Shown: piece after piece, positions 26,425 through 27,774 of the stretch
Layout of the letters: every line of letters starts with the position of its first letter
Numbering within the stretch: position 1 is the stretch's first letter
From: a virus
Taxonomy: Duplodnaviria; Caudoviricetes
Reading direction: 5' to 3' (one strand)
IMG/VR virus record: IMGVR_UViG_3300037501_000083
Span: 1-27,774 of that record
DNA length: 27,774 nt
The notes under the pieces: model-generated
What the model was told of the DNA's origin: nothing
The model's input: the letters and a program-made list of their open reading frames with translations, nothing else
Database searches by the model: none
Made by a program: the position numbers and the translations under genes

Positions 26425-26446
26425 AAAATAAACATAAATTTGCACT

Positions 26447-26668
26447 ATGGCAGCGGACAACAAATATTTTGAAACAGGTTCTAATCCCTACTATTTGAAC
26501 CTTAACAACACTGCGAAAGACTTTTCATTCAACGAATCGACAAATCCACCATACGGGTTGCTCGACACTTTGACTAAGTTCATTATAGTCGAAGACAACA
26601 CAGAAATACAACAACCAATTATACAGGAAGAACTGATAATTGAAGACGTTGAAATTACCCAAGAATAA
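26447..26668 (+). CDS. Small acidic hypothetical protein
   Basis: 73-aa ORF ending 14 bp before attC-like site 3. Confidence 0.6.
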   Translation: MAADNKYFETGSNPYYLNLNNTAKDFSFNESTNPPYGLLDTLTKFIIVEDNTEIQQPIIQEELIIEDVEITQE

Positions 26669-26682
26669 GTAAGAATTACTGT

Positions 26683-26815
26683 GCCTAACAGCGGTTTGGC
26701 GTAATGGCGGGTGTAGTGCTTCGTATGACAGTTTTGTGGTAGGTTCAAGTGCAGTTCTTCGATTGAACTTTTGTGCTAAAAATCCGCCACTACGCCAAGC
26801 CGCAAACCGTTACCC
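26683..26815 (+). repeat. attC-like site 3
   Basis: GCCTAAC (RYYYAAC)...GTTACCC; GCGGTTTGGCGTAATGGCGG pairs with CCGCCACTACGCCAAGCCGC; inner GTTCAA/TTGAAC stem. Confidence 0.88.
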
Positions 26816-26828
26816 GCAGTGCTTCCTT

Positions 26829-27491
26829 TTGGTTAATGAAGTGGCTTGCATTGATTGGAATGATGGAATTAAGCAGGTTTTTGATAATACGATTGACCTT
26901 ATATTAACAGACCCGCCCTATGGGATAGCATACCAAAGCAACCTAAGAAAGGAGAAACACAAAAGTATCCAAAACGATACCGATTTACATTGGTTGGGTG
27001 ATTGGTGCAAGGAACTTAAAAGGGTATGCAAACCCGAAGCCCACATTTATGTTTTTTGCAGTTGGCATAATATTGATGTTTTTAAGCAAACATTAGGGGC
27101 GTATTTTAATGTAAAAAATATTTTGGTATGGGAAAAGAATAATCACGGTAGCGGTGATTTGCTTGGTGATTACGCCCCGAAATATGAACTGATTATATTT
27201 TGTAGCAACGGAAGCAAAAAATTAAACGGTGGGCGAAGTAGCAACGTGATTAAGTGTGCAAAGATACCAACCGATAATCACCCAACCGAAAAGCCAACAA
27301 ACCTTTTAAGGCACTTGATAGAAAAAAGCACCAACAAAGGCGATTTAGTTTTGGATACTTTTGCTGGTAGTTTTTCAACTGCAAGGGCTTGTAAAGAAAT
27401 AGGGCGGAATTTCATTTGTTTTGAAGTCGAACCAGAATATTGTCGAATCGCTAAAAACCTGCTTAATGGTGTATCCGTGTCGCTGTTTTAG
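26829..27491 (+). CDS. DNA methyltransferase, N6-adenine/N4-cytosine, beta class (start uncertain; frame open from 26736)
   Basis: DLILTDPPY, LVWEK, HPTEKP, VLDTFAGSFST in beta-class order. Confidence 0.92.
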   Translation: MVNEVACIDWNDGIKQVFDNTIDLILTDPPYGIAYQSNLRKEKHKSIQNDTDLHWLGDWCKELKRVCKPEAHIYVFCSWHNIDVFKQTLGAYFNVKNILVWEKNNHGSGDLLGDYAPKYELIIFCSNGSKKLNGGRSSNVIKCAKIPTDNHPTEKPTNLLRHLIEKSTNKGDLVLDTFAGSFSTARACKEIGRNFICFEVEPEYCRIAKNLLNGVSVSLF

Positions 27492-27515
27492 CATTGCGGG
27501 TAACCGATGTTAAGT
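27491..27515 (+). repeat. Truncated attC-like site 4
   Basis: GCATTGCGGGTAAC matches the reverse complement of GTTACCCGCAGTGC (26809-26822) at 13/14; GTTAAGT follows 4 bp later; no right arm seen. Confidence 0.6.
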
Positions 27516-27574
27516 GCAGTGCGGATAATTAGCAGAAACATCACTATGAAACACGAAAGAAAAGTTTTTGAAAA

Positions 27575-27774
27575 ATGAGCGAAGGGAAAAAATATCAAAT
27601 CATTTATGCTGACCCGCCCTGGAGTTACAATGATAAAATGAATGGATACAATTTTTCACTTGACCACGAATATGTAACGCAGAACTTGGAATGGATAAAG
27701 AATTTACCAGTAAAAGAAATGGCAGATAAAAACTGTGCTTTGTTTTTGTGGGCAGTAAATCCGATGCTTCCCGA
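27575..27774 (+). CDS. MT-A70 family adenine methyltransferase (runs off the window end)
   Basis: MSEGKKYQIIYADPPWSY...IKNLPVKEMADKNCALFLWAVNPMLP. Confidence 0.9.
   Translation, partial: MSEGKKYQIIYADPPWSYNDKMNGYNFSLDHEYVTQNLEWIKNLPVKEMADKNCALFLWAVNPMLP

Larger units (their letters stand above)
25074..27774 (+). mobile_element. Integron-like gene cassette array with no integrase in window (CALIN-like)
   Basis: Co-oriented AT-rich genes separated by TAAC...GTTA sites; cassette ends are reverse complements of each other. Confidence 0.75.

Noticed and set aside
26736-26828. N-terminal 31 aa of the methyltransferase ORF
   Set aside because: Mostly translation of the attC-like hairpin; the family-like sequence begins after the GTT boundary, although an upstream start cannot be excluded.

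Overview
The window is most of a temperate HK97-like siphophage (or prophage) genome. A Bacteroidota host is inferred from the integrase arm domain, a TAnnTTTG promoter element and the style of the repeats. Left part (1-3100): a 20-aa LRR-like repeat gene, an initiator-type tRNA(CAT), a decayed Cro/CI-like switch, gene fragments, a broken tyrosine integrase and an attP-like site with a tRNA 3'-end core and paired arm repeats. Middle (3149-24858): HNH, PLD-like nuclease, TerS, TerL, portal, prohead protease, major capsid, head-tail genes, tail tube, chaperone with -1 frameshift, tape measure, large tail protein, multi-LamG protein and membrane proteins. Several genes are hit by small duplications or a templated insertion. 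Right end (25074-27774): an AT-rich integron-like cassette array with attC-like hairpins and matched cassette ends but no integron integrase in the window. It carries three unrelated DNA-modification enzymes (Mom-like, beta-class N6/N4 methyltransferase, MT-A70) and a truncated protease cassette. This phage-borne array of DNA-modification cassettes is the most notable feature. All family calls come from motif recognition, not database searches.
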